Assembly (NCBI GenBank): GCA_009777515.1
Contig: WRLR01000003.1
Location: 7,289 to 71,288 of the forward strand
Direction: 5' to 3'
Origin: Oscillospiraceae bacterium
Lineage (GTDB): Bacteria; Bacillota; Clostridia; WRLR01
Length of the DNA stretch: 64,000 nucleotides
Below are positions 35,728-45,096 of the stretch, one piece after another. A model generated the notes under the pieces. It saw nothing but the letters and a program-made list of their open reading frames with translations, searched no databases and was not told the origin of the DNA. Within the stretch, counting starts at the first letter, position 1, and each line of letters starts with the position of its first letter. Made by a program: the position numbers and the translations under genes.

Positions 35728-37386
35728 TCAGTTCAAATTTTCCACGGCGGCCTTTTCTATTGGCAGCCCTTTTATGTATCTATCGATATACCGCGCGAAG
35801 CCTTCTACATCGCCGGCGTCCGGTTCTATCAACGAGCCTGCGTCGTCTTTGAACACCTTTTTATCCAAATACTTGGCGAGCGGCTCGGGCGTATTTTGCC
35901 CCGTCGCTTTCGCGCCCGTCGCAGCCTCTGCCGCGCTTGCGCCGTACGCCGCGAGGATGGCCATGCCCCACGCGCCGCCCTCGCCTGCGGATTCCATTAC
36001 GGCGATGGGGACGGACAGCGCGGCGGCCATGAGCCGCTGGCCCACGATCTTCGTCTTGAACAGCCCGCCGTGCCCGGTCAGTTGGGCGAGCTTGATATGC
36101 TCTTTATCCACGATGATGTCCATGCCGATCTTCAGCGCCGCCATCGTCCCGAACAGCATGGAGCGCATGAAGTTCGCCAACGTGAAATTGGCGTCCGGCG
36201 TGCGCGCGAGCAGGGGCCGCCCATGCTCGAATCCGGTAATCGGTTCGCCGGACACATAGTTGTACGCCAAAACGCCGCCACAGTCCGGATCGCCTTTGAG
36301 CGCTTCATTATATAGCGCATCATAGAGCACAGGCTTGGGGACGTCCGCCCCCAGCAGCGCGTTCAGCTCTGCGAACATCCTCACCCACGCGTCCAGATCG
36401 GACGTACAGTTGTTGCCGTGCACCATCGCGACGGGCTTGCCGTCCGGGGTAGTGATCATGTCGATCTCCGGATATATCTTTGAGAGCGGTTTTTCGATGA
36501 CAGCCATCGCGAATATGGAGGTGCCTGCCGACACATTGCCGGTCATTGTCGCGACGCTGTTGGTCGCCACCATGCCCGTGGGGCCGTCCCCCTCCGGAGG
36601 GCACATCGGGACGCCCGGGGCCAGCGCGCCGCTTGGATCGAGCAGCCGCGCCCCGTCCGCAGTCAGCGCGCCCGCGTCCTCGCCCGCTATCAGCACAGTG
36701 GGAAAGATGGACTTTATTTTCAAGTTGCCGTGCCCGCACTTCTCCATCAGCGCGTCGAATTTTTGGACCATGCCCGCGTCGAAGTCGTTGGAGGCGCTGT
36801 CTATTGGGAACATGCCGGATGCTTCCCCGACGCCTATCACCTTGCGCCCCGTCAACTTCCAATGGACATAACCGGACAGTGTCGTCATGTACGCGACCTT
36901 GTCGAGGTGATCCTCGCCGTTCAGGACCGCCTGGTAGAGGTGCGAGGCGTTCCACCGTATGGGCAGGTTGAAATTCAGCAGCGCCGTGAGCTCCGCCGCC
37001 GCTTTTTCGGTATTTGTGTTGCGCCATGTGCGGAACGGCACAAGCAGTTCGCCGTCGGCGTCGAACGCCAGATAACCGTGCATCATGCCGGAGACGCCAA
37101 ACCCGCGCAGCTTCGCCAGCGGCTCGCCATAGCGCTCCATGACGTCGCGGGATAGCTCGGCGAAGCTGTGGCGCAGGCCCGCCCACACGTCGTCGAGGCT
37201 GTATGTCCAGTAGCCGCCCTCGAGCTTGTTTTCCCAATCAAAGTTGCCCGAAGCAATCGGAGCGTGATCCGCGCCAATCAGCACGGCCTTGATGCGCGTG
37301 GAGCCCAGCTCAATGCCGAGCGAAGCCCCGCCCTCCCGTATGGTTTTGGCCGCATTGGCGATAGCAGTATCGTTATTTTGTGCCAT
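35728..37386 (-). CDS. FGGY-family carbohydrate kinase
   Basis: N-terminal ASKHA motif [13 protein letters not shown] and C-terminal [11 protein letters not shown] 37386 follows AAAGGGG. Confidence 0.8.
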   Translation of the reverse strand: MAQNNDTAIANAAKTIREGGASLGIELGSTRIKAVLIGADHAPIASGNFDWENKLEGGYWTYSLDDVWAGLRHSFAELSRDVMERYGEPLAKLRGFGVSGMMHGYLAFDADGELLVPFRTWRNTNTEKAAAELTALLNFNLPIRWNASHLYQAVLNGEDHLDKVAYMTTLSGYVHWKLTGRKVIGVGEASGMFPIDSASNDFDAGMVQKFDALMEKCGHGNLKIKSIFPTVLIAGEDAGALTADGARLLDPSGALAPGVPMCPPEGDGPTGMVATNSVATMTGNVSAGTSIFAMAVIEKPLSKIYPEIDMITTPDGKPVAMVHGNNCTSDLDAWVRMFAELNALLGADVPKPVLYDALYNEALKGDPDCGGVLAYNYVSGEPITGFEHGRPLLARTPDANFTLANFMRSMLFGTMAALKIGMDIIVDKEHIKLAQLTGHGGLFKTKIVGQRLMAAALSVPIAVMESAGEGGAWGMAILAAYGASAAEAATGAKATGQNTPEPLAKYLDKKVFKDDAGSLIEPDAGDVEGFARYIDRYIKGLPIEKAAVENLN

Positions 37387-37585
37387 ATAGTGCCCCTTTC
37401 CGAGTGATTTTATAATCATATTACGTGATTTTATGATTAAATTTATTATTGGAATTATATCATCATTTATATGGCGCTTCCATTTACATGTTTAATCGCG
37501 TATTATTAGGCATATGATCATATCTGCGGTTTTATAATCGACTACATAATATTATAAAATACGGGATTGGGAGGTTTACGTTATT

Positions 37586-39109
37586 ATGTTCAAGGCGACG
37601 TTTGATTCGTTATATGGGTACGAGTGTCCGGACTGGTTCCGGGACGCGAAATTTGGGATATGGAGCCATTGGGGGCCGCAGAGCGTGCCGATGTGCGGCG
37701 ACTGGTACGCCAGGAACATGTACATCCAGGACAGCCCGCAGTACCTGTACCACTTGCGCCACTACGGGCATCCGTCCAAGTTCGGCTACAAGGATTTATG
37801 CGCGCTGTGGAAGGCGGAGAGGTTCGATCCGGAAGGGCTGATGGATCTGTATTACAAGGCGGGCGCGCGCTATTTTGTGGCGCAGGCGATGCACCACGAC
37901 CATTTTTTCAACTATGACTCGAAGTTCAACCGCATGAATTCGACCAAAGTCGGCCCGATGAAGGACATCTGCGCACTTTGGCACAAGGCCGCCAAGCGGT
38001 ACGACCTACCGTTCGGGCTCACGGAGCACTTGGGCGCGACGTTCTCGTGGTGGAAGGTGAACAAGTGGAGCGACGCGTACGGGCCGTACGCGGGCGTACC
38101 TTACGACGGCAACGATCCCGAGTACCGCGATTTCTACATGGACAACTATGAACACGCCGGGGATTTGAATACGGCGTCCAGCCCGTGGTATACAAAGAAC
38201 GAGAAGCACCATGCATACTGGCTTTCGGTGTTCAAGGAGATGGTGGACAGCTTCGCGCCAGAGCTGGTTTATTCGGACGGTTCGCTGCCGTTCGGCGACC
38301 ACTGGCACACGGGCGACCAGGGCACCGGCGCGGGCGATGGCGACAGCGCGTATAAATACGGGCTGGAGGCCGTGGCGTATCTGTACAACGCGTCGATAGG
38401 CAAGAACGGGAAGAACAACGCCGTTTACCTGCAAAAGGACCGGAGGCCGGAGATTTATAGCGTCGGGATAGTGGACATCGAAAAGAGCCAGCTCCCGGGT
38501 ATCGTAGACAGGCCGTGGCATACGGACACCTGTATCGGCAACTGGTTCTACGACGCGAAGATGCCGTTTAAGAAACCGGGGCATATCGTCGAGATGATCG
38601 TCGATATCGTGTCAAAGAACGGGACGATGCTGCTCAATATATTGCAATTGCCGGACGGATCGATTGACGACGAGGCAAAGTTTATATTGGACGAGCTGGC
38701 CGCGTGGTTCGGCGTCTGTAGCGAAGGGCTGTATGGGACGCGCCCGTACAAGGTGTTTGGGGAAGGTAGCGCGAAGGTGCTCATCGAGGGCTTCCGCGAG
38801 GAGCGGACAGCCTGGGGCTTCGACGATTTCCGTTATACGGCTAAGGGAAACCATGTGTATGCGTTTGTCATGGATGCGGACGCGGGCAAGGCCGGGAGCG
38901 GCGGTGTACGGCAAGGGGGCGGCGCAGGGCAAGGCGGCGGCACGTATGTGCTGCGGAGCTTGGCGGACGAGCGCGTGAAAGGCGTATGGTTGCTGGACGG
39001 GGCGGGCGGCAGGCCGGTGGAGTTCGCGCAGAATTTCGGCGTGCTCACAGTAAAGCTGCCGCCGGAGCTGCCGGTGAAGTTTGCGAATTGTTTAAAGATA
39101 GAGGTGTAA
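37586..39109 (+). CDS. alpha-L-fucosidase (GH29)
   Basis: WFRDAKFGIWSHWGPQSVP and AGARYFVAQAMHHDHF are typical of the GH29 N-terminal catalytic domain. Confidence 0.85.
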   Translation: MFKATFDSLYGYECPDWFRDAKFGIWSHWGPQSVPMCGDWYARNMYIQDSPQYLYHLRHYGHPSKFGYKDLCALWKAERFDPEGLMDLYYKAGARYFVAQAMHHDHFFNYDSKFNRMNSTKVGPMKDICALWHKAAKRYDLPFGLTEHLGATFSWWKVNKWSDAYGPYAGVPYDGNDPEYRDFYMDNYEHAGDLNTASSPWYTKNEKHHAYWLSVFKEMVDSFAPELVYSDGSLPFGDHWHTGDQGTGAGDGDSAYKYGLEAVAYLYNASIGKNGKNNAVYLQKDRRPEIYSVGIVDIEKSQLPGIVDRPWHTDTCIGNWFYDAKMPFKKPGHIVEMIVDIVSKNGTMLLNILQLPDGSIDDEAKFILDELAAWFGVCSEGLYGTRPYKVFGEGSAKVLIEGFREERTAWGFDDFRYTAKGNHVYAFVMDADAGKAGSGGVRQGGGAGQGGGTYVLRSLADERVKGVWLLDGAGGRPVEFAQNFGVLTVKLPPELPVKFANCLKIEV

Positions 39110-39305
39110 AGGCGCTGGTTTGCGAACGCCAATGCGCCGGCGGGGGCGATTAACACTCGCCTCTACCGGCGTATTTGCATTCGTAGGGGCGATTGTTAAT
39201 CGCCCGTGTACAACGTTCTATGGACGCCTATGCCCCGTAGGGGACGGTCGCCCGCGTACCCGTGCAACAACCTATACCTCATTGGACATCGCACCCTGTG
39301 GCGCG
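39110..39305. repeat. GC-rich palindromic (REP-like) intergenic element between convergent genes
   Basis: GGGGCGATT-gtt-AATCGCCC and CCCC-gta-GGGG hairpins, with repeated cgtagggg(c/a)g... motifs. Confidence 0.5.
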
Positions 39306-41453
39306 TCATTCGCCGACCCAGCGGTCGACGATTTGTTGCCGGTACTCTTTGGATAGCGACTTGAAAAATGCGCTGTAGCCTGTCACCCGTACGACCAGGT
39401 CGGGGTATTTGTCCGGGTTCTCGTGCGCGTCCAGCAGCTTCTCCTTAGAAACCACATTGATATTTACCAGCGTGCCGCCCATATTGTTGTGCGCCATCAA
39501 AAAATTCTTGATGATGTCGATGCCGCCGAACTCCTTGGCCAGCCCCGCGTCGAGGTCGATCTGCAGCGGGGTCGTGTTGCCCCAGCCGCACTGCACGCGC
39601 GCCACGGCGTTGGCCTTGGCGGTGGGCGCCGACGTACCGCCCTCCATGAACCCTGGATCGGGGTCGGCGCTGTGCGAGATGGGGTCGCCGTCGAAGCGCC
39701 CGTTCGGCGTTGCCGGCAAGTTCTTCCCAATGGCGTACACCACGCCGTGCGAGAAAAGCCCCGGAATCACGGGGAAGCCGCCGGGCGTGGGCGTGCCGCG
39801 CACCAGCCCCGTGAACAGCTTGGACACCAGCAAAGCGTAGTCGTCTGCGCGCGAGCCGCCCGAGCCGTACTGCGGGACGCTTTTGAGCGACATGCGGATA
39901 TCCTCGAAGCCCTCCCAGTTTGCCTTGAGCGCCGCTTGCAAACCCTCCCAGCTCAAAGCGCCCTCTTTTACGATGCGCTGCTCCATGGCCGCCAGCGAGT
40001 TAGCAACTGTAGCCAGCCCCACGCCGTCGCTGGTGAAATACATGATGTCCACGCCGCCCGCCGACATGTCTATCCCGCGCTCAATCGGGCCGTGCGCGAA
40101 CAGATTGAGTACTATCTCCGGGCGGTTCAGCCATTTATATTTAACGTGCCAGTCGATGCCATCCTTTATGAGATTTATCCCAACCTTCATGTGTTCTTCA
40201 TAACGGCGCAGCAAATGCTCCATGCTCGCCGGCTCGTCGCTCGCTATCATGTCGTCCAACGCGAGCAGCAACGGTTTGGACAGGCAGTACCTGTGCACGT
40301 CCTGCAGGCAGTACTCGATGCCAGGCAGGGCTGTCCAGTTGCACCCGACCTTGGCGCGCATCCTGGCCGTGGAGACGGGCTGGCCATTGCGCATGTAGCC
40401 TTTGTCCAGCCCCTCCGAGCAGGCGTAGCTGACGCCCGTGCCGTCCTCGAACAGATACTGCACGCAGCGGGTGAACAGCTCGTCGTTTGTATTTTCGTGC
40501 AGGCGGAGGGCCATGTTGATGGGAATGCGAAGGCGGTGCATCGCCTCGAGGATGATGAACGACATCGGGCTGGACATATCGTGCCCGTCCACCGGGTGCT
40601 GGCCGCCTATCTGGCTGTAGTGCGTGTCGTTGAACAGCAGCGAGACTATATACCAAATGGCCTCCTCATCGCCGCCCTCCAGGCGCCCTGCCGCTTTGTC
40701 GGCCTCGTAATACGGCCGCAGCAGCTCGTCCAACTCCTGCAACGCGCCCCCCAGGTAGTACATGCGGTCCACCGACTGGAACCAGCCGATGAACTGCACC
40801 GCCTCGCGCAGCGTGCGCGGCGGGTTGTCGACGAGCCATTCGTTCATGTCCGCGATGTCGCCCATGTTCTTGCGGACGAACGCGTCCGGATCGGATGCGG
40901 CCAGACCCCTGGCGTATTCCACATGGCGGCGGATCCAGCGCTGTATGGCCTCCACAAAGCGCTCCTCGCCGTCATAGAAATCCGTGACCTGCGGGCGGTT
41001 TTTGTCGCGGTAGCGGCGGATTTTTTCCAGCAAGCCGCCCCAGCCGAGCTCCAGCCCGATCTGCATGTCCGGGGCGCTGTGGTTCATGGCGTACTGCACG
41101 CGCCCGGTGATGTTGTACAGTTTAAACACCTCTTCGCGGTCGTCCATGCGGTGCTCGGGCCGCCACGAGTCGAAGCCGACCGTACCTGTCCACGCCCCGG
41201 CGATGGCGCTGTACGGGTGTATATAGACGGGGTGGGCGTCCAGCCACGCGCAAAATGTGCGCGAAACGGCGTCCATGCCTGTAGTGAGCCCGCTGGCCGC
41301 ATCTTTGAAACGGGTGTATTCAAACGGCGGGAGCGGAATCCACCCATGGTCGTCGTTGTCGTACGTGCCCTTCATTACGATTTTTTCGTCGTTGAATTTC
41401 AATTTAGTTTGATGGATGGCTTCGTTGCGCTCCTGAAAGACTGCTGCGTTCAT
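39306..41453 (-). CDS. glycyl-radical enzyme, PFL superfamily, unassigned specificity
   Basis: C-terminal VVRVTGYSAFFKSLSKEYRQQIVDR (RVxGY glycyl-radical signature, Gly ~692), ATPNGR segment, putative thiyl loop VGCNWTALPG. AGGAGGG RBS. Confidence 0.85.
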   Translation of the reverse strand: MNAAVFQERNEAIHQTKLKFNDEKIVMKGTYDNDDHGWIPLPPFEYTRFKDAASGLTTGMDAVSRTFCAWLDAHPVYIHPYSAIAGAWTGTVGFDSWRPEHRMDDREEVFKLYNITGRVQYAMNHSAPDMQIGLELGWGGLLEKIRRYRDKNRPQVTDFYDGEERFVEAIQRWIRRHVEYARGLAASDPDAFVRKNMGDIADMNEWLVDNPPRTLREAVQFIGWFQSVDRMYYLGGALQELDELLRPYYEADKAAGRLEGGDEEAIWYIVSLLFNDTHYSQIGGQHPVDGHDMSSPMSFIILEAMHRLRIPINMALRLHENTNDELFTRCVQYLFEDGTGVSYACSEGLDKGYMRNGQPVSTARMRAKVGCNWTALPGIEYCLQDVHRYCLSKPLLLALDDMIASDEPASMEHLLRRYEEHMKVGINLIKDGIDWHVKYKWLNRPEIVLNLFAHGPIERGIDMSAGGVDIMYFTSDGVGLATVANSLAAMEQRIVKEGALSWEGLQAALKANWEGFEDIRMSLKSVPQYGSGGSRADDYALLVSKLFTGLVRGTPTPGGFPVIPGLFSHGVVYAIGKNLPATPNGRFDGDPISHSADPDPGFMEGGTSAPTAKANAVARVQCGWGNTTPLQIDLDAGLAKEFGGIDIIKNFLMAHNNMGGTLVNINVVSKEKLLDAHENPDKYPDLVVRVTGYSAFFKSLSKEYRQQIVDRWVGE

Positions 41454-41739
41454 ATGACCCTCCTGCTAAAAATATATTTAATACATCAAATTGCATATAT
41501 ATATTGTTGGTTAAATTATAAACCCGTTAACAGTAATGTCAAACAAAATGTGCATGCAAGCCCCGCCCCTATTTTTGTGCTGCTTTTAAAATCGTAAAGA
41601 TTGGCTATTTATCGTAAGGAATGAATATTTAATGCCGTTTAACCTTTAGTATATGATTATTTAAATATCGTATGGTCGGAGAAACGCCGTCATTTTAGCG
41701 AACTGCCGCCGCACCATTCGTCTGACAGGAGAGAAATAT

Positions 41740-43242
41740 ATGTGTAATATTCTATTTTTCGTCATCGACACTTTGCGTTATGACTGTGTCGCTGAAAAGA
41801 AGCCCCCCGGTTTAAAGACTCCCGCTTTCGATAGGCTGCGGGAGCGCTCGATCACATTTGAGCATGCCTATACAAATTCGTATCCCACGATTCCGTGTCG
41901 CAAGGATATGGTATATGGGACGTACGGCGATCCGTTCAACCGCTGGCACCCAATGGACATCAATAAAAGGACGTTTCCGCGCGTGCTTTTCGAAAACGGC
42001 TACTGCACACAGTTGATACACGATACGCCGCATCTCGTGAATGGCGGGATGGCGTTCGACTACTTTTTTAACGCCTGGACTTTTTTACGGGGCGCCGAGG
42101 TGGATCGCCCGATAATAACAAAAAAATGGACGTTCCCGGACAACTGGGCGCCGGACCCCGCATATGACGCATGGGGCAAGGCCGACGAAAGCTTGATCGA
42201 GCGCGGTCATTATATGGCGACCTATCTTCAGAGCAACGCCCACAGGAAAAACGAGGGCGACTGGAACTGCCGCCGACTGTTCGACGCGGCGTCGCTCTTC
42301 TTGGAAGACAATGCGGGGCGCGATAATTTTTTCCTGTGGGTTGACTGCTTTGATCCGCACGAGCCGTGGGACTCGCCCGAGGAGTATGTAAAAATGTATC
42401 TCCCGGAGGGCAACGGCAAAATAGATCCGCGCCTGTTGTTTGGCGGCGTCGGCTCCGGCGACACAATGACAGAAGAAATAAAACGGGTCAAGCGAGCGCT
42501 CTATATGGCGAAGCTCAGTTTTGTCGATCGGCAGTTGGGCAAGGTTTTGGACACGCTGGAGCGCACGGGGCTGGCGGAGAACACGGTTGTCGTGCTCACT
42601 GCAGACCATGGTACCAACCTGGCGGACCGGCCCGGGCTCGGTTTTGGCAAGAGGCGCCTCCCGCAACAATATGAGGCCCGTATTCCACTGTTGATATCGG
42701 CGCCGTGGCTAAAACCGCATGTCCGAAAGGATATCACTGCGCCGCAGGACATTTATGCTACAATTTTGGGCCTCGCGGGCGTGGAATGTAATATGTCCAG
42801 TTCTCAGGATCTGCTAAAAGGCCCGTCTAAGCGCGAGTATGCCGTAACGGCGTGGGGGCCGATCGACGTCGGCAAGGACACGGCGCCGCAGCAGCAACTA
42901 TTTTCTGTGCTCAACTGCGAATGGTGCCTGTCGGTCGCCGCCGACAACGCATCGTGCGCGTTATACGCCATTGGCGGCAATGACGAAGTGGCTGCAGCGA
43001 ACCCCGGCGTGGTAGCGGAGTTAAAAGAAGCCGGCATAGCATTACTGGTCGAGCGCGGCATGCCCGGCGATGTGGCGGCGTGGCTGCGCGGCGGCGGTGT
43101 AGGCTTCGCGCCCGAGTGGCCCGCGCCCACGGATTATCTGAGCCGGGGCTTCGGCGGGACGGAATATGCGCACTCCTACGAAGGATGGCGCGAATATTGG
43201 TGCAGGAACTATTTGCGCGAACCTAAAAAAACCATGAATTAA
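41740..43242 (+). CDS. sulfatase-like (alkaline-phosphatase superfamily) hydrolase
   Basis: N-terminal FVIDTLRYD metal-site motif and LTADHG. TIPCR occupies the position of the (C/S)xPxR formylglycine motif. Confidence 0.75.
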   Translation: MCNILFFVIDTLRYDCVAEKKPPGLKTPAFDRLRERSITFEHAYTNSYPTIPCRKDMVYGTYGDPFNRWHPMDINKRTFPRVLFENGYCTQLIHDTPHLVNGGMAFDYFFNAWTFLRGAEVDRPIITKKWTFPDNWAPDPAYDAWGKADESLIERGHYMATYLQSNAHRKNEGDWNCRRLFDAASLFLEDNAGRDNFFLWVDCFDPHEPWDSPEEYVKMYLPEGNGKIDPRLLFGGVGSGDTMTEEIKRVKRALYMAKLSFVDRQLGKVLDTLERTGLAENTVVVLTADHGTNLADRPGLGFGKRRLPQQYEARIPLLISAPWLKPHVRKDITAPQDIYATILGLAGVECNMSSSQDLLKGPSKREYAVTAWGPIDVGKDTAPQQQLFSVLNCEWCLSVAADNASCALYAIGGNDEVAAANPGVVAELKEAGIALLVERGMPGDVAAWLRGGGVGFAPEWPAPTDYLSRGFGGTEYAHSYEGWREYWCRNYLREPKKTMN

Positions 43243-43269
43243 TTTGAAGTTAAAAAGGAGGATTGGATT

Positions 43270-44958
43270 ATGTTTAATAGAGCTATATTTATCATACTGG
43301 CGCTGATACTGGCATTGTCCGTGGCAGCGGGCTGCACAGCGCCCGGCGGCGCACCTCCAGCGCAGACGACCGCAGCGGCAGGAGCAGCCGCGACAACGGC
43401 CGCGCAAGTCGAACAGACTACTGCGGCTGTCGCAACTACTACCGCAGACGCAGCCGCAACCACTACCGCTGTATCAGACGCGGCTGCAGCATCTACTGTT
43501 GATACGCTAAAAGGTGGAACTGTGATCCAGTCTACCGGCCCATATAACGGTTATGTGCTTGCGAACAAGGACGACATAATGCTTACATCGCTCTCCGCGT
43601 ACAACCAGGTATGGCATGACATGCCGGAGGGACTCACCCGGGAGAACAATCCGTTCGTCAACTGGTCGCAGGACAACGCGCCATACAGGACGGAGTCCGA
43701 TATGCTGCCCATGGACGGGGCGCTGGACAAGGTCACCATGATCCTCGCTTCCGGCGAGCATCCGGATTATTTTGGGTTTTCCATGACAAAAGCGCAATAT
43801 TCATCGCTGGCCAAGACCGGGGCGTTCATGGACATAGAACCGCTGCTGGAATTCATGCCCTCAGTGAAGAACTGGATACCTGAGTCGGTTTGGACAGCCA
43901 TGCGGATAGACGGCAAGATATATGCGATCCCCAACCTTACACCTAGGCTATTCACTAACGCAATCGCCGCGCGTATCGACGTGATGGATGAGTTGAACCT
44001 GGAGTCGCCCCGGACGCTTGACGAGTTCTATGAATTCTTTAAGCAAATCGGCGATCCCGACAATAACGTATACGCGCTGGGGCAGATTGGTAAAGGCATT
44101 ACAGGCGACGGCTTTCGTGGGGCGGGCCTGTTCGACGGCTTCACCGGCGCGTTCGGTATCGGCGCCTCGACTATTCTCCGGGACGATGGCAAACTTTATT
44201 ATTCATATATCGAGCCGGAGGCGTTGGAATATTTAAACTATATGCACATGCTCTACGCCGAAAAGCTACTGTACCCTGAATTTCCGACGACCGACCCGCT
44301 CAAACTCCGCGAGGTTATCGCCGCCGGAAACGTCATGGTGGCCACGCTGCCATTCTTTAACATGAAGTGGCAGACGGATCAGCTCGAAGCCAATTTCCCC
44401 AACGCCGTTTGGGACTGGATTGAATATCCGGTTGGCGAAAACGGCGAAGTCGGCGTCCAAGTGGAGCCGATATATAACAGTTTGCATTTTATCCCGTCCC
44501 GGTCAAGGTACCCCGTGGAAGCCGCCCTCATCCACGAATGGTCCATGTCGGACGAGGTCCAGGACGTCAGGTCGGCTGGCTTTGAGGGCGAACATTACGA
44601 CAGGGTCAACGGCGAAATCGTGATCCGCGAGGACAACCCCAAGCCAACATGGGGCAGCGCGGGCACACTGGATTGGAAGTCATTCAAGCTTCGGCAGACC
44701 ATCGCCGGCGTATACGATTTCCACGAGCGCCGCAAAGAGTACGGCACAATCATGGATTATTACCTCTACTCCCCGTATATTGCTGATGTGGAGGATGTTT
44801 GGAACGAGTTGCACGATTATGTCAACGAGCAGTATATTAAGTTTATCATAGGCACAAGGCCGCTTACAGATTTTGACAAATTCGTAGGCGAGGTTAAGGC
44901 GCTTGGCGCCGACCAGGCGTTTGCGGCTCTCAATGAATGGTACGTAGAGGCGTATTAG
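43270..44958 (+). CDS. extracellular solute-binding lipoprotein of a carbohydrate ABC transporter (LplA-like)
   Basis: Signal peptide plus lipobox LSVAAGC, Ala/Thr linker, ~560 aa. Followed by two sugar-type permeases. Confidence 0.85.
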   Translation: MFNRAIFIILALILALSVAAGCTAPGGAPPAQTTAAAGAAATTAAQVEQTTAAVATTTADAAATTTAVSDAAAASTVDTLKGGTVIQSTGPYNGYVLANKDDIMLTSLSAYNQVWHDMPEGLTRENNPFVNWSQDNAPYRTESDMLPMDGALDKVTMILASGEHPDYFGFSMTKAQYSSLAKTGAFMDIEPLLEFMPSVKNWIPESVWTAMRIDGKIYAIPNLTPRLFTNAIAARIDVMDELNLESPRTLDEFYEFFKQIGDPDNNVYALGQIGKGITGDGFRGAGLFDGFTGAFGIGASTILRDDGKLYYSYIEPEALEYLNYMHMLYAEKLLYPEFPTTDPLKLREVIAAGNVMVATLPFFNMKWQTDQLEANFPNAVWDWIEYPVGENGEVGVQVEPIYNSLHFIPSRSRYPVEAALIHEWSMSDEVQDVRSAGFEGEHYDRVNGEIVIREDNPKPTWGSAGTLDWKSFKLRQTIAGVYDFHERRKEYGTIMDYYLYSPYIADVEDVWNELHDYVNEQYIKFIIGTRPLTDFDKFVGEVKALGADQAFAALNEWYVEAY

Positions 44959-45096
44959 CCACTGGAGTGCGCGGTGGGCGGGGACGGGGCAAGACTTACC
45001 CCCGCTAATAATTTGCTGTATTGAAACAGCGTCGGCATATAAGAGAATTTAGTGCTTCAATCGGGCCGTTGCCTACCGTGAAAGGGGGACGGATGT

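Noticed and set aside
36320-37237. 305-aa minus-strand ORF and several plus-strand ORFs within 35774..37407
   Set aside because: These are alternative frames or the antisense strand of the FGGY kinase gene. They are Arg/Gly/Ala-rich, and the kinase frame carries the ASKHA motifs.
39423-41597. 724-aa plus-strand ORF, the longest unannotated ORF in the track
   Set aside because: It lies exactly antisense to the glycyl-radical enzyme gene. Its composition is R/A/H/V/Q-rich with no recognisable motifs and no RBS. This is the typical shadow ORF of a GC3-rich gene.
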